A stretch of DNA of 64,000 nt, taken from positions 1-64,000 of IMG/VR virus record IMGVR_UViG_3300025674_000028, one strand, 5' to 3'. This DNA is from a virus. How positions within the stretch are numbered: the stretch's first letter is position 1; every line of letters begins with the position of its first letter. This document shows positions 37,664 to 47,443 of this stretch, piece by piece. The position numbers and the translations under genes were made by a program. The notes beneath the pieces are model-generated. The model ran no database searches. It was not told the origin of the DNA and saw nothing but the letters and a program-made list of their open reading frames with translations.

Positions 37664-38443
37664 ATGTTCGACCTACACCGCAACTTTAAGTCGTCCATCT
37701 CCATCAACGACTTGGTCTTGCTGGGCGTCAAAAAACAGGGCCTGACAATCAGTGTGCGAAAACTTGATGTCTCATTGTGCAATGAGATGGCCCCGTTTGA
37801 AATGGACGTCGAAGTAGACACGCTCTTGAAGCATATGCTGATGGACGCCGAGGCAGAGAAGAGCACACTTTTGCCTTGGCCTGATGAGAGGGCGTGGGTC
37901 AATCTCCAGCGGCAGAAACTGGGCATACATGAGCAGCAAGCTACCTTCGTCTCGATGCTTGACGGCCTCTGGGGCCTTATCACGAAGTGGCTCGGACATA
38001 AGACGCCTGAATTCCTGCTCCAGCTGAGTGAGAAGAGCAAGACGGCGGGCAAGACATTTGGATATACGCTGGAGCCAGCGATCGTCGTTGTGAAGAAGCT
38101 TGACGTTGAACATTTTAAAGACAACGTGTTCGTCTTCCCTCACGTACTCGCCAGCCTCGACCGTATGACGCACGCATCGTCCGCCATCATGCACTCGCGC
38201 TTTATTGCGTCTCCGACTGAGCAAGAGAAGGCGGGCTCATTGCACGCCAACTTAGAACACGCCATTACTCTAGAAGCGTTTGACAATCTTCCAGAAGATC
38301 TTCAACACGACTTGAGGCAGGCGGTAGAACAGATGCAGACAATCATCTGCATGTACACGTCCATAGCCACAATGGCTGTGACCATGCGGCGCATTGAGCG
38401 TCACTTTACAAATGAAGACACCACGGAAAAGGCCATAAATTGA
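37664..38443 (+). CDS. Hypothetical protein
   Basis: AGGAG SD; 259 aa. Confidence 0.7.
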   Translation: MFDLHRNFKSSISINDLVLLGVKKQGLTISVRKLDVSLCNEMAPFEMDVEVDTLLKHMLMDAEAEKSTLLPWPDERAWVNLQRQKLGIHEQQATFVSMLDGLWGLITKWLGHKTPEFLLQLSEKSKTAGKTFGYTLEPAIVVVKKLDVEHFKDNVFVFPHVLASLDRMTHASSAIMHSRFIASPTEQEKAGSLHANLEHAITLEAFDNLPEDLQHDLRQAVEQMQTIICMYTSIATMAVTMRRIERHFTNEDTTEKAIN

Positions 38444-38461
38444 GCTTACCAGGGAGGGTAA

Positions 38462-40057
38462 ATGAACAGCCCGATACACGAGCTGTGCCGAAATAATGAG
38501 GACGCCGAAGTCCTGGCAGCGATGGCTGTCACGAAAGACTTCAAGGCTCTCTTAGATGGCACTGTCGATCCCAGATTTATGAGGGAGGAGCAAAGAAAGA
38601 TCGCCCAAGTGATCATAGACAGGTACTCCACTGACGTTGACTGGCCACCGAGTTTTGATGCGCTCTTGGCTGAGTTTGGAGCCAGGGCGTGTTTTCCCGT
38701 TGGATGGACAAAGAAGGACATGCAGGGCTTAAACCTGAACCACTACATTACGCGGTTCAATGCTCAGGCACGCGCATGGGCCATGCAGGACGTTGCCATT
38801 AAGTTGTTTCGCAGCGTCCATACGCTTATCGGGGAGCACGACAGCGCGCAAGAAGAGGCTATAAGGGAGTTTGCACGCGAAGCGCGCAACATCAGCGACA
38901 TCGGCAAGCCACGACAAGGCGCTTACGTCGTCGGTCAGAACCTTGAAGACATTCGGGCGGAAATTACAGGCAAGCGAACACGTACGAGCCTGTGTCGAAC
39001 ACACATCCCTATGCAAAATGCGCTGATTAGAGCGTATGAGCCTGGGGTGTATCTTTGGTTTTCAAGGATGAAGAACGGCAAGACTCACGAACTCAATCAG
39101 ATTGTGATTGAGAACGCCGTTGAGGCCGGACTTCGTGGCGTGTACGTCGATAGAGAGAACAACCGCAAAGACATCTTGACCAGGATGGCGTGTGCCATTG
39201 TCGGTGCGCCGTACCACCACTTCAAGTCTCTGGCCCTTAAAGTGCACCACTATGACCGTACTCACCAACGAGGAAAGTATCCTCTTGCAGACTTTGATAA
39301 GCATCTCTTTGAGCTTGTCATGGACTCGTTTGAGGAGCTTGCCGCCACAGGTGCGCTGGCAATCATTGACAAGACTGCGAACCAACAAAACCTGCGTGAC
39401 CCAAGCCGCACTTCGTCCTTTTTTACCATCAACGAGGTGTTGCGGGCCGCAGATAAACACGATGCGCAGTGGGTGGCATTTGACCAAATCCAACGCTACG
39501 AAATCGACAACCTGCGCAAAGGCGCTGCTGCAAATGAGCGAATGGAGAAGACGTTTGCGCTGCTCGACAGCTATGACGACCGCATCTTCTTTGGGACTTG
39601 TCAGGAAAACCGCGAAGGCGTGGATGAAGACACGCAAATGCACTTCCCAAAAACAGCACACATTTACGGAGGTGACACCGCCGCCCAGATGTGCAGCTAC
39701 CTGTGTCACGTCAGGACGGTACGCATGATCCACCCCGTCCTTTACAAGGACATCTATGGCATCGAACGCCAAGCCAAGTTTATGCGCTGCTTCACACCAC
39801 TGCTGAACAGGCCAGGTGAAGACGCAGGGACGCACGCTCGATGGTTCGGTCACTTGGACCACTACAGTTACAGTGAGTACCTGCCGGGGGACATCGGCTT
39901 TCCCATGTTCGAAGGGGTTATCGGAGATGCCCGAGAGGCTGCTGGGCTGCCTCGTGACTGGAAAGAAAAACCAGGAAAGAAATCCGCGAAAGCCGGCAAG
40001 TCCATGGGCAAGATGCCGTCATCGTTCACGTCGTTCTCATCCGACGACGACGAGTAG
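38462..40057 (+). CDS. dnaB: Replicative DnaB-like (SF4) helicase
   Basis: SRMKNGKT Walker A, VYVDRE, VAFDQIQ Walker B, CQENR motif; adjacent to the primase. Confidence 0.8.
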   Translation: MNSPIHELCRNNEDAEVLAAMAVTKDFKALLDGTVDPRFMREEQRKIAQVIIDRYSTDVDWPPSFDALLAEFGARACFPVGWTKKDMQGLNLNHYITRFNAQARAWAMQDVAIKLFRSVHTLIGEHDSAQEEAIREFAREARNISDIGKPRQGAYVVGQNLEDIRAEITGKRTRTSLCRTHIPMQNALIRAYEPGVYLWFSRMKNGKTHELNQIVIENAVEAGLRGVYVDRENNRKDILTRMACAIVGAPYHHFKSLALKVHHYDRTHQRGKYPLADFDKHLFELVMDSFEELAATGALAIIDKTANQQNLRDPSRTSSFFTINEVLRAADKHDAQWVAFDQIQRYEIDNLRKGAAANERMEKTFALLDSYDDRIFFGTCQENREGVDEDTQMHFPKTAHIYGGDTAAQMCSYLCHVRTVRMIHPVLYKDIYGIERQAKFMRCFTPLLNRPGEDAGTHARWFGHLDHYSYSEYLPGDIGFPMFEGVIGDAREAAGLPRDWKEKPGKKSAKAGKSMGKMPSSFTSFSSDDDE

Positions 40058-40072
40058 CTTTAGGGAGACAAT

Positions 40073-41254
40073 GTGGTGGCCGAAAAGAACGTGCTTGAAG
40101 ATATTCTGGCGCAAGCTCAGGCGTCGTATGAGATCTTTCTTGCAGACGGACTCGACCCTGTTGGTGAAGCACGCCGACAGGTGGAGGTCGCAATTAAGGA
40201 GGTGTCTGGACAACTGAAAAAAGTTCGTCCTGTGGAGTACCGAGGAAAGACAGAGCTGTGGTCTTTGTGCCCCTTCCACGACGATCGCAATGTCGGCAGC
40301 TTTTCAGTCGACAGCAGTACCGGCAATCACTTTTGCTGGGTCTGCGGGGCACAAGGTGGACTTGTCTCACTGCTAAAGCACTTCGGGCTGTGGACTCAGA
40401 AGATGCGCAGCGCTTTTAAGGATATAGATCTCACTGCCCTGCTTAAAGGCACGTCAGACCGCGGCAAAGTACAAAGCCTTACGCCTCTTCCAGAGGCGCT
40501 GTTGGCCCATATCAAGCAATACAGGCCTCGGCGCTATGTCTCAAAAGGGCACATGCGTCACATCCTCGACAACATGGAGGTCTGCTACGATGATCAGCAT
40601 CAGAGAATCTGCTTCCCAGTACGAAGCGCAACTCAGGACTTGGTGGGGATACAATCAAGGGTTGCGTTTGATACGTCTCAGCATCTGCGCTGGAAATGGT
40701 ACCGATTTGAGTTGGGTGACATGCAGAAGTATTTGCTGGAGCCTGAGTTCTTAGATGCCTACGAGCCGCCGCGCAGCACTGTCTTCTACAACGAGCATCA
40801 AGTGCTGATTCCGCTGGCTCAGGGCGCAATCGACTGCGTCGTAATCGTTGAGGGCATGGGAGGTGCGCTGCGCGTCATGGCTGCGGGGTATCCTGTACTT
40901 GCCACATTTGGCACTCGTATGGGTGCAGGTCAGAAACAGCGCATGCTTAACGCACTGCGTCAAAGCGTCATTTCACGGCACGGACATAAGGTCCGTGTCG
41001 TACTGGCTCACGATGGTGACGCGCCTGGTCGTCAGGCAGCGCTTGAAGTGCTGTTCTACCTGGGCATGGAGGCTGACTGCGTTCTTGCTGAACTGCCGCA
41101 GGGGAAAGACCCTGAAGACCTGACTCCTGCCGCACTGCGTCATACCCTGAGCTCCGCTCAGAGCCTGGATAAAGTCACATCGGACGTTTGGAATGACGCA
41201 CTGTGTCAGTACTTGGCAACAACTACAAAGCACAAAAAAAGGGAGGCGCCCTAA
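40073..41254 (+). CDS. dnaG: DNA primase (CHC2 Zn finger + TOPRIM)
   Basis: CPFHDD...SFSV...CWVCG; VIVEG; HDGDAPG; GKDP. Confidence 0.92.
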   Translation: MVAEKNVLEDILAQAQASYEIFLADGLDPVGEARRQVEVAIKEVSGQLKKVRPVEYRGKTELWSLCPFHDDRNVGSFSVDSSTGNHFCWVCGAQGGLVSLLKHFGLWTQKMRSAFKDIDLTALLKGTSDRGKVQSLTPLPEALLAHIKQYRPRRYVSKGHMRHILDNMEVCYDDQHQRICFPVRSATQDLVGIQSRVAFDTSQHLRWKWYRFELGDMQKYLLEPEFLDAYEPPRSTVFYNEHQVLIPLAQGAIDCVVIVEGMGGALRVMAAGYPVLATFGTRMGAGQKQRMLNALRQSVISRHGHKVRVVLAHDGDAPGRQAALEVLFYLGMEADCVLAELPQGKDPEDLTPAALRHTLSSAQSLDKVTSDVWNDALCQYLATTTKHKKREAP

Positions 41255-41271
41255 ATATTAAGACGCCTCCC
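41234..41271 (-). terminator. Antisense-oriented intrinsic terminator-like hairpin
   Basis: GGGAGGCG...CGCCTCCC stem preceded by A7 on plus, giving a U7 tail on minus. Confidence 0.5.
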
Positions 41272-41288
41272 AACGGAGCTTCTATAGC

Positions 41289-42782
41289 ATGACCGAAACA
41301 CAACCCAACCCAACTGCGCAACCATTGCCATCGAACTTGCCGATGTTCCCCGCAATGGTGTCAGCCCCCAGGAGGATCACTCGCAGTATGAGAACCAATA
41401 AGCAGACTGTCAATGGTCAAAAGTCGATGCGGTGTCGCATCGGAGACTATGCGTTCTGGTCTCCTCGATTGTCCCCCATGTATTGGGTGGAACGACAGAA
41501 GACCGTGTTGATGCGCTTGATGCCCGTCCATCACTGTAAGCGACAAACACTCTACCAAGTCAGAACCCCTGCCGACGTCAGCGTGCTTCCAAAGTGGATG
41601 CGGCCCTACGCACACAACAAGTACTACCTCGGCCCACTTTCCAGCCCTTCGTTTCCGGTATTTGATGACAATTGGACTGCCGACAGGCGATGGGAGTCCA
41701 TGATGATCGATGACGCTTACAAAGGGATGCGACTTGAACGAGGGGCAATCACTGTCGAGATTCAGGAAAAAGCTGAAAATGTGTGGAGACTTTTGAGCGC
41801 CCCGGAGCACATCCCTCAATTTTCCGCAGTTAGCAGTGATTTGAGACTGCGTGAGCTGCAATTCAGGTGCGAGTGCATCATTCAAGAGTGTTTTCACAAC
41901 CCGCTGGGCATGCAGGCGACGACGGACGCACTGACTAAAGACTACAAGCAGAGACAGGTCGTAGAACGCGATGTTTACCTTGCGCCGGGGTATTGTATGG
42001 CTTGGTGTAAATACGTCGATGCCGGCTCAGACAAGCTTGGCAAGATGCAGCCGGATGGCGATTATCCGATGCGCAAACCGTTAGGGAATGGCATGCCATA
42101 CGCTCGGCTGGGTATGACTTGGCTGGAACTGTCCAATGACGCCTTGAGCCCTAAATACGCCAGCACGGTAAACTACCACAAACACGCACTTTCGGTTTTT
42201 CACATCTGCAAAACGTGCTCCGCCGACCAACGCTATCCGTCACTTGAGAAGTATCCCCGCATCCACTTCTCTGACCCCTTCGAATGTAAGCACTGCATTC
42301 GTGTGCTGAGCAAGGATGACATAGCTTACGACCGACGATTCTTTGCCGGTGCGACAACCGAAGAGTTGGCTATGCACGCACTCTCCCCATGTGAGTGTCC
42401 GTCGTGCGGTGCAGTGGATACGCCCAAGGTGAAGTTGACGTGCAGCAATCCTGACTGCAAGAACCCCCAACCGACTGCACTTGATGACGTCATCACTTAC
42501 GCAAAGAAAGACTCTGCGGGCGTCTGGCAGTTTGGCGTCTTTTACATTGACGCAATGCCGTCATTACTGCCACGATGGGAAGATGTCATTGCATCTTACC
42601 CTCAAAATATCGGCAGCCTGAACGTCCCTGCAAACGTCAAAGATGGGTACTACGATCAGTTCGATCCATGTAAAGCCGGGTACTACGTTTATCTCTCGGC
42701 ACCAGATCAAGTCCGCTTCTTGGGAAGTGACTTGTTTAATCCCAGCAGCGAGGCTGCTGAACAACGGAGGTTTGAAGAATGA
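41289..42782 (+). CDS. Multi-Zn-ribbon protein in the replication module
   Basis: CKTC, CKHC, CPSC and CSNPDC; GGAG SD. Confidence 0.65.
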   Translation: MTETQPNPTAQPLPSNLPMFPAMVSAPRRITRSMRTNKQTVNGQKSMRCRIGDYAFWSPRLSPMYWVERQKTVLMRLMPVHHCKRQTLYQVRTPADVSVLPKWMRPYAHNKYYLGPLSSPSFPVFDDNWTADRRWESMMIDDAYKGMRLERGAITVEIQEKAENVWRLLSAPEHIPQFSAVSSDLRLRELQFRCECIIQECFHNPLGMQATTDALTKDYKQRQVVERDVYLAPGYCMAWCKYVDAGSDKLGKMQPDGDYPMRKPLGNGMPYARLGMTWLELSNDALSPKYASTVNYHKHALSVFHICKTCSADQRYPSLEKYPRIHFSDPFECKHCIRVLSKDDIAYDRRFFAGATTEELAMHALSPCECPSCGAVDTPKVKLTCSNPDCKNPQPTALDDVITYAKKDSAGVWQFGVFYIDAMPSLLPRWEDVIASYPQNIGSLNVPANVKDGYYDQFDPCKAGYYVYLSAPDQVRFLGSDLFNPSSEAAEQRRFEE

Positions 42783-43441
42783 AGCCACAACTTGCGATGC
42801 CTAACGTCATGGGCAAAGAGATGAAAGAGCGCGTCCGTCTGGCGCAGTTTACCGCCGCGCTGTCCTTACCAGAAACGGCTGAAGACATGGGGTTAGAGTT
42901 TGAACGAGGTGCGGACGGAGCCCCATTGCCAGCAGACGTCAGTTCGGCAAACGCTGACGCCTCGTACTTTGCCACCGTGACGAGCGCCATGCTCACGATG
43001 GCGGCGTACAACATCTTCTTTGCGTCTCAGGACAAGCTTAGAAGAACCAACATTTTGCAGGTCGCAAAGGAAATCGAGCGTACATTCGAAGTCGCGTGGG
43101 TTCGACTTGACGCATTTAAGCTGCGTCCTGAAGGACAAGACCTCCCCCTGATTATTCGCAGGCACATCGCATCATACTTCGTCGCGGTCGGAACTGCCGT
43201 CGATCCTGATTTTCTAGAGGTTCTGCGAAAGGCGACAATCAACTGTCCAACCACACTGCCGCCTACAGACGAGAATTATCTCATCAGTAAGGTGTTCGCA
43301 TTGCTGATGGCAGACAGCGAAACACAGGCTCAGTGGCATCAAGCTCGACTCGCAGTTGAACGAGACGCAAAGAAAGCGAAGCAGGCGCTGATGCGCAAGC
43401 GCCTTAAGAACAAACGCAAGAGTAAAGAGGACAAAGCATGA
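42779..43441 (+). CDS. Hypothetical protein with basic C-terminus
   Basis: ATGA coupling on both sides. Confidence 0.7.
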   Translation: MKPQLAMPNVMGKEMKERVRLAQFTAALSLPETAEDMGLEFERGADGAPLPADVSSANADASYFATVTSAMLTMAAYNIFFASQDKLRRTNILQVAKEIERTFEVAWVRLDAFKLRPEGQDLPLIIRRHIASYFVAVGTAVDPDFLEVLRKATINCPTTLPPTDENYLISKVFALLMADSETQAQWHQARLAVERDAKKAKQALMRKRLKNKRKSKEDKA

Positions 43442-46059
43442 GATTTTCATCGAGGGGTCAGCTGCCAGACTCCCAGTGGATCTGCCACCCAAAAGACGTG
43501 GAGCGTGTCGCGCAAGCTCTTGTCGATTATCAAGGCATGTATGGCTTTGACACTGAGACAGATGGCCTTGGCTACACGATAGAAAAGGTCAAACGCAAAA
43601 GCACGGGGCAAAAGAGTGTTAGTGAAGACCATGCCGGAGATGGCCTCGGCGCTTATCTGGAGGTCGTTTGTCTCGCATTTGACAACCAGCGCTACGGCAT
43701 CGACGTTGGCCATGAGTTTAGAGACAACTTGAACATCTTGGCTCCCGCGATATGGGAGACGCAAGAGTACTCTTGCTGCTTCAATGCAATCTTTGACTGG
43801 AACGTGTGGGAGTACAACCTTCAAGGCAAATACTCCCTGACCACCTGCTACGCCGATGGGCTGACCTTATGGCAGCTGTGGGATGAGGACGCGGAGGACA
43901 CTCACGGCAAGCGCGGACTTAAAGCTCGCAGCAAGCACTATCTCGGCATCAACATGTCCAGCTTCGGCGATCTTATCTTGAAGCAAGGCGGAATCCGACA
44001 ATGTCTGCGAGACAGAAAGCTCGCAAAGCGCACCCGTAACTATTGCTCTAGAGACGCATGGGCGCACCTAGGCATCTGCGCACTGGGAGAGCGCCTGGCT
44101 CGAAACCTGACGTGGTGCATGCTGTGCCCAAAGTGCGACAACCCTGCATACCAGCGCAACCACATCACAAAACAGTGGGTTTGTGCGGACTGTGGCGATG
44201 TCAATGGCGGCAAGATGCTGTCTATGTGGGACTGGCACAAACAAAAAGACATTCCGTTTTTGCAGATTCTCAAGGAGATGGAGCAGGATGGCGTACCAGT
44301 CAGTGAACAGTACATGCGACAGTTCATTGAGCCGCTTGAACAGTCACTTCAAACATCGCTTAAGCAGTTCCAACGCGAAGCCAGCGATGCGCTGGTTAAA
44401 CTTGGTGGAGACCCTGTAGAAATCACGCCAAGCTCTCAACAGCTTTCAAAGTTCTACTTTCAAGACTTTGATGTGACAGGCAAGCGCGTGGGTCTTGGAC
44501 TGCCAGTCATTGAGCGTACAGATGCAGGAGGAGCGTCCACGACAGAAAAAGTGATGGACGAGCTGACGGTGCGATTCCAAGCGCCAGGCACGACCTCGTT
44601 GATGCGCTACAGAAAGATCGAAAAGATTCTGTCTACATACGCGGAAGGAGCGACGGCGTGCATCTGGGATGACACAAACAGGGTTCACCCAAAGATTCGA
44701 CCAGACACGGCCACAGGTCGGTGCAGTTGTCGCCGGCCAAACATGATGAACCTACCGCGAGACCCACTGCAATTCGAGGTCAGTGCAGTTCAGCCTCTGC
44801 CAGCAGAGACGGTCGAACAACTCGCGACTCTGTGGGGCATCGCTGAGTCTGAAGCTCAAGCAGAATTTGACAAGCCATGTTACCACCCATCGAAGTACGC
44901 CATTGAGGTGCGGCGCGCCGTGGTAGCACCGCCTGGCTACAGTCTTGTCGGGGCTGACTACGCTCAGCTTGAAGTCAGACTGACTGCTGCAGAGAGTCAG
45001 GACAGTAAGCTGATTGACATCATCAACACAGGCAAAGACATGCACAGCTACACGGCATCAATCGTGTACGCGGCGCAAGTCCCTGGCCTTTCCTACAACG
45101 ACATTGTGGAGGCAAAGAAATGGAAGGACGTTGAGGGTCCAGAAACCTACGCATCAAAGCCTGCGTTGTATCGATTCGCGACGCTGGGGAAGATGCTGCG
45201 CAGTAAGCGTGACTTCGATGAGGTATTGACCATGCGTTGCCAGCACATGTCTGGAGGCGAAAGGTCGCAGGTGAGGTCGAGTGTTGAAACCGCGGTGTCC
45301 AATATAACCAGCGCCCTGAGTGCGCGCGACATGCTTGGGGCAGCACAACACAAGATGATTGATGCGGTTGCGCTGGGAGCGTCTGATTCGTGCGTTGCTG
45401 AAGGCATCTCGACGATCGAAGCCTTAATGTCTGTGTGTACTGCTGAAGACATAGACGCTTGCTTCTCAGTGCTCGGCGCTAAAGACAAGGAGCTGCGCGA
45501 TTTCAGGCAGGCGGCCAAGAACGCCATCTTTGGCATCATCTACGGCATCGCAGGAGTCGGCTTAGCGGTGCAGATAACCAAGGCCACGGGCGTTGTTTGC
45601 GCCCCTGAAGACGCTCAGAAGATTATCGAGTCAATCAAGACCGAAGCCTACCCAGGCATAGGCATTATGATTGAGCGCCTGCATGAAACTGCAAAAAAAT
45701 ACGGATACGTCCGCACTCAGATGGGGAGATACCGGCACCCCGCAGGCGTCCACTCCGGTAACCATCGACATGTCGGGCGTGCGCTGAGGCAGGCAGGCAA
45801 TGCCCCTATTCAAGGCCTTGCGGCCAACATCATGCAAACCATCATGATTGCGCTTCGGCGCGATCCGAAATGGAATGGCATGAAGGCGCGCATGATTATG
45901 CAGGTCCATGACGAACTCCTGTCGCTGGTTCCTGAAGAGCACGCCGATGATGCGCTAGCCCTACAAATTCATCACATGGAGACAAGTCATCGCCTCGTTA
46001 CTCCATGCCATCTGGCGGCAGAGGGCGGAGTCGCTAAAGTCTGGTGTGATATTAAGTAG
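43438..46059 (+). CDS. polA: DNA polymerase family A with 3'-5' exonuclease
   Basis: FDTET (ExoI), FNAIFD (ExoII), YCSRDA (ExoIII), TATGR, ADYAQLEVR (motif A), RQAAKNAIFGIIYG (B), NAPIQG, QVHDEL (C). Confidence 0.96.
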   Translation: MRFSSRGQLPDSQWICHPKDVERVAQALVDYQGMYGFDTETDGLGYTIEKVKRKSTGQKSVSEDHAGDGLGAYLEVVCLAFDNQRYGIDVGHEFRDNLNILAPAIWETQEYSCCFNAIFDWNVWEYNLQGKYSLTTCYADGLTLWQLWDEDAEDTHGKRGLKARSKHYLGINMSSFGDLILKQGGIRQCLRDRKLAKRTRNYCSRDAWAHLGICALGERLARNLTWCMLCPKCDNPAYQRNHITKQWVCADCGDVNGGKMLSMWDWHKQKDIPFLQILKEMEQDGVPVSEQYMRQFIEPLEQSLQTSLKQFQREASDALVKLGGDPVEITPSSQQLSKFYFQDFDVTGKRVGLGLPVIERTDAGGASTTEKVMDELTVRFQAPGTTSLMRYRKIEKILSTYAEGATACIWDDTNRVHPKIRPDTATGRCSCRRPNMMNLPRDPLQFEVSAVQPLPAETVEQLATLWGIAESEAQAEFDKPCYHPSKYAIEVRRAVVAPPGYSLVGADYAQLEVRLTAAESQDSKLIDIINTGKDMHSYTASIVYAAQVPGLSYNDIVEAKKWKDVEGPETYASKPALYRFATLGKMLRSKRDFDEVLTMRCQHMSGGERSQVRSSVETAVSNITSALSARDMLGAAQHKMIDAVALGASDSCVAEGISTIEALMSVCTAEDIDACFSVLGAKDKELRDFRQAAKNAIFGIIYGIAGVGLAVQITKATGVVCAPEDAQKIIESIKTEAYPGIGIMIERLHETAKKYGYVRTQMGRYRHPAGVHSGNHRHVGRALRQAGNAPIQGLAANIMQTIMIALRRDPKWNGMKARMIMQVHDELLSLVPEEHADDALALQIHHMETSHRLVTPCHLAAEGGVAKVWCDIK

Positions 46060-46369
46060 GCTTTCGACCTGCACAAAGGGCGTGATCACAAACACTGGCA
46101 CCCTCTCTGAATGCTTAGCTTTAGAGTGTTGGAGGTACATCTAAAATAGTGGTGACCCGTGGCTGGTAAGCACAGATGTCTCTATCATGGTGGGGAGCAG
46201 AAGTGTGCGGCCTCGTGCCTGATAATACCGGGTACGAGGCCTTACATTTCGCAACCAAGATATCTGCTTGTCAGGTGTCTAAAAACTTGCCAGGGATCTC
46301 GGTCAGTCGGTACATTGACATGCTGAGACCTGTCAGCAACGGCAGCATGTGGGCTGCAGGAGGAACATC

Positions 46370-46537
46370 GTGGAAAAGAACAGCGTCGTGCAGAAGAACA
46401 AGCCGCAAGTATTGCGGCTTGGACATAAGACCAGCGCCAGACGCCCTGAGCCTCGCTGCCCTGTATGCGGTAAAGACGCAATGCAAGTAGGTCAGACTTT
46501 GAAATGTCCAGACCACGGCTCTAGGCCCTGGGAGTGA
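46370..46537 (+). CDS. Small Zn-finger protein
   Basis: AGGAGG SD before GTG 46370; CPVCG...CPDHG. Confidence 0.65.
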   Translation: MEKNSVVQKNKPQVLRLGHKTSARRPEPRCPVCGKDAMQVGQTLKCPDHGSRPWE

Positions 46538-46610
46538 ATTCCCCTCACTCCCACTGCTTAGTGTGACCCCGTAAGTCAGTATCTGCTGACACAACATGAG
46601 GAGATTTAGC

Positions 46611-47441
46611 ATGACCGACACCTCCGCCGAGGGGGGTGCGAACCTGTATGGTGCGCTCAGGTTTAAACCGCCCCCTAATGTCGCACGATCGTTCATGGAT
46701 TTTTGTGAATGGTCTGCGCAGCAGCCCCCAGCCTTACGGGGTGAGGTTCACGTCTCTGACGTGGTCAGTCCTCGCGGCTGGGATTGCGATCGTTACGTCC
46801 AGTTCATCCTTCAACAATCCATCACCAACCAGGTAGACAGTCTGAAGTTTATCTACAAGTCGTTGACCTACGGGACGGCGTTTCATCAGTGGATTTACAA
46901 CGACTTGGAAAACTCATTGACGTGGGCATACAAAGACCGGGACTACGTCATTCAAGACATCATCGTCGAGCAGTCAGGACGGGACGAGACCACTGACATC
47001 GTCATGACTCCAGACATTGTCGTTCGCTACTCCCATACTGACAATCCTGATGAGACTGCCCTGGCGGTCTATGACGTAAAAACTGTCACGGTGTCGAAGT
47101 GGAAGAGGCGTCAGAGTCGTTTGGGCTACAGCATTGAGCCCGAATATAAAAGGCAGCTTTCATTTTACGCCCAGTCACTCGATGCGACGCACGCCGCGTT
47201 TATTATCGGCGTCATAGACGATCGTCCGGGCAAAAATCGGGCAGACAACCATCGGCTGTTTCAGCTGGAGCACGATTTTTCAGGACGGCGTCTTTTGCCT
47301 TGGATTCGAGATCGACTTGATGGCCTCGAGCAGATGACTGCGCAAGGTGCCATCGCTGAAAAGACGACAAAGAAATCACGGTGCACAGCGTGCCACTTCA
47401 GCGCCATCTGTCAGAAGGCAGATGCTATGCAGAGGAAATAA
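46611..47441 (+). CDS. PD-(D/E)XK nuclease, Cas4/RecB-like exonuclease
   Basis: HVSD..C, GTAFH, TPD, YDVKT, QLSFYA and CTACHFSAIC; GAGGAG SD. Confidence 0.85.
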   Translation: MTDTSAEGGANLYGALRFKPPPNVARSFMDFCEWSAQQPPALRGEVHVSDVVSPRGWDCDRYVQFILQQSITNQVDSLKFIYKSLTYGTAFHQWIYNDLENSLTWAYKDRDYVIQDIIVEQSGRDETTDIVMTPDIVVRYSHTDNPDETALAVYDVKTVTVSKWKRRQSRLGYSIEPEYKRQLSFYAQSLDATHAAFIIGVIDDRPGKNRADNHRLFQLEHDFSGRRLLPWIRDRLDGLEQMTAQGAIAEKTTKKSRCTACHFSAICQKADAMQRK

Positions 47442-47443
47442 GC

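Noticed and set aside
45060-45500. Intein in the DNA polymerase
   Set aside because: No C/S start with HN-C/S/T end and no LAGLIDADG motifs are visible.
46611-47441. Cas4 as evidence of a CRISPR-Cas system
   Set aside because: No cas1/cas2 or array is present in the window; solo Cas4-like nucleases are common in phage replication modules.
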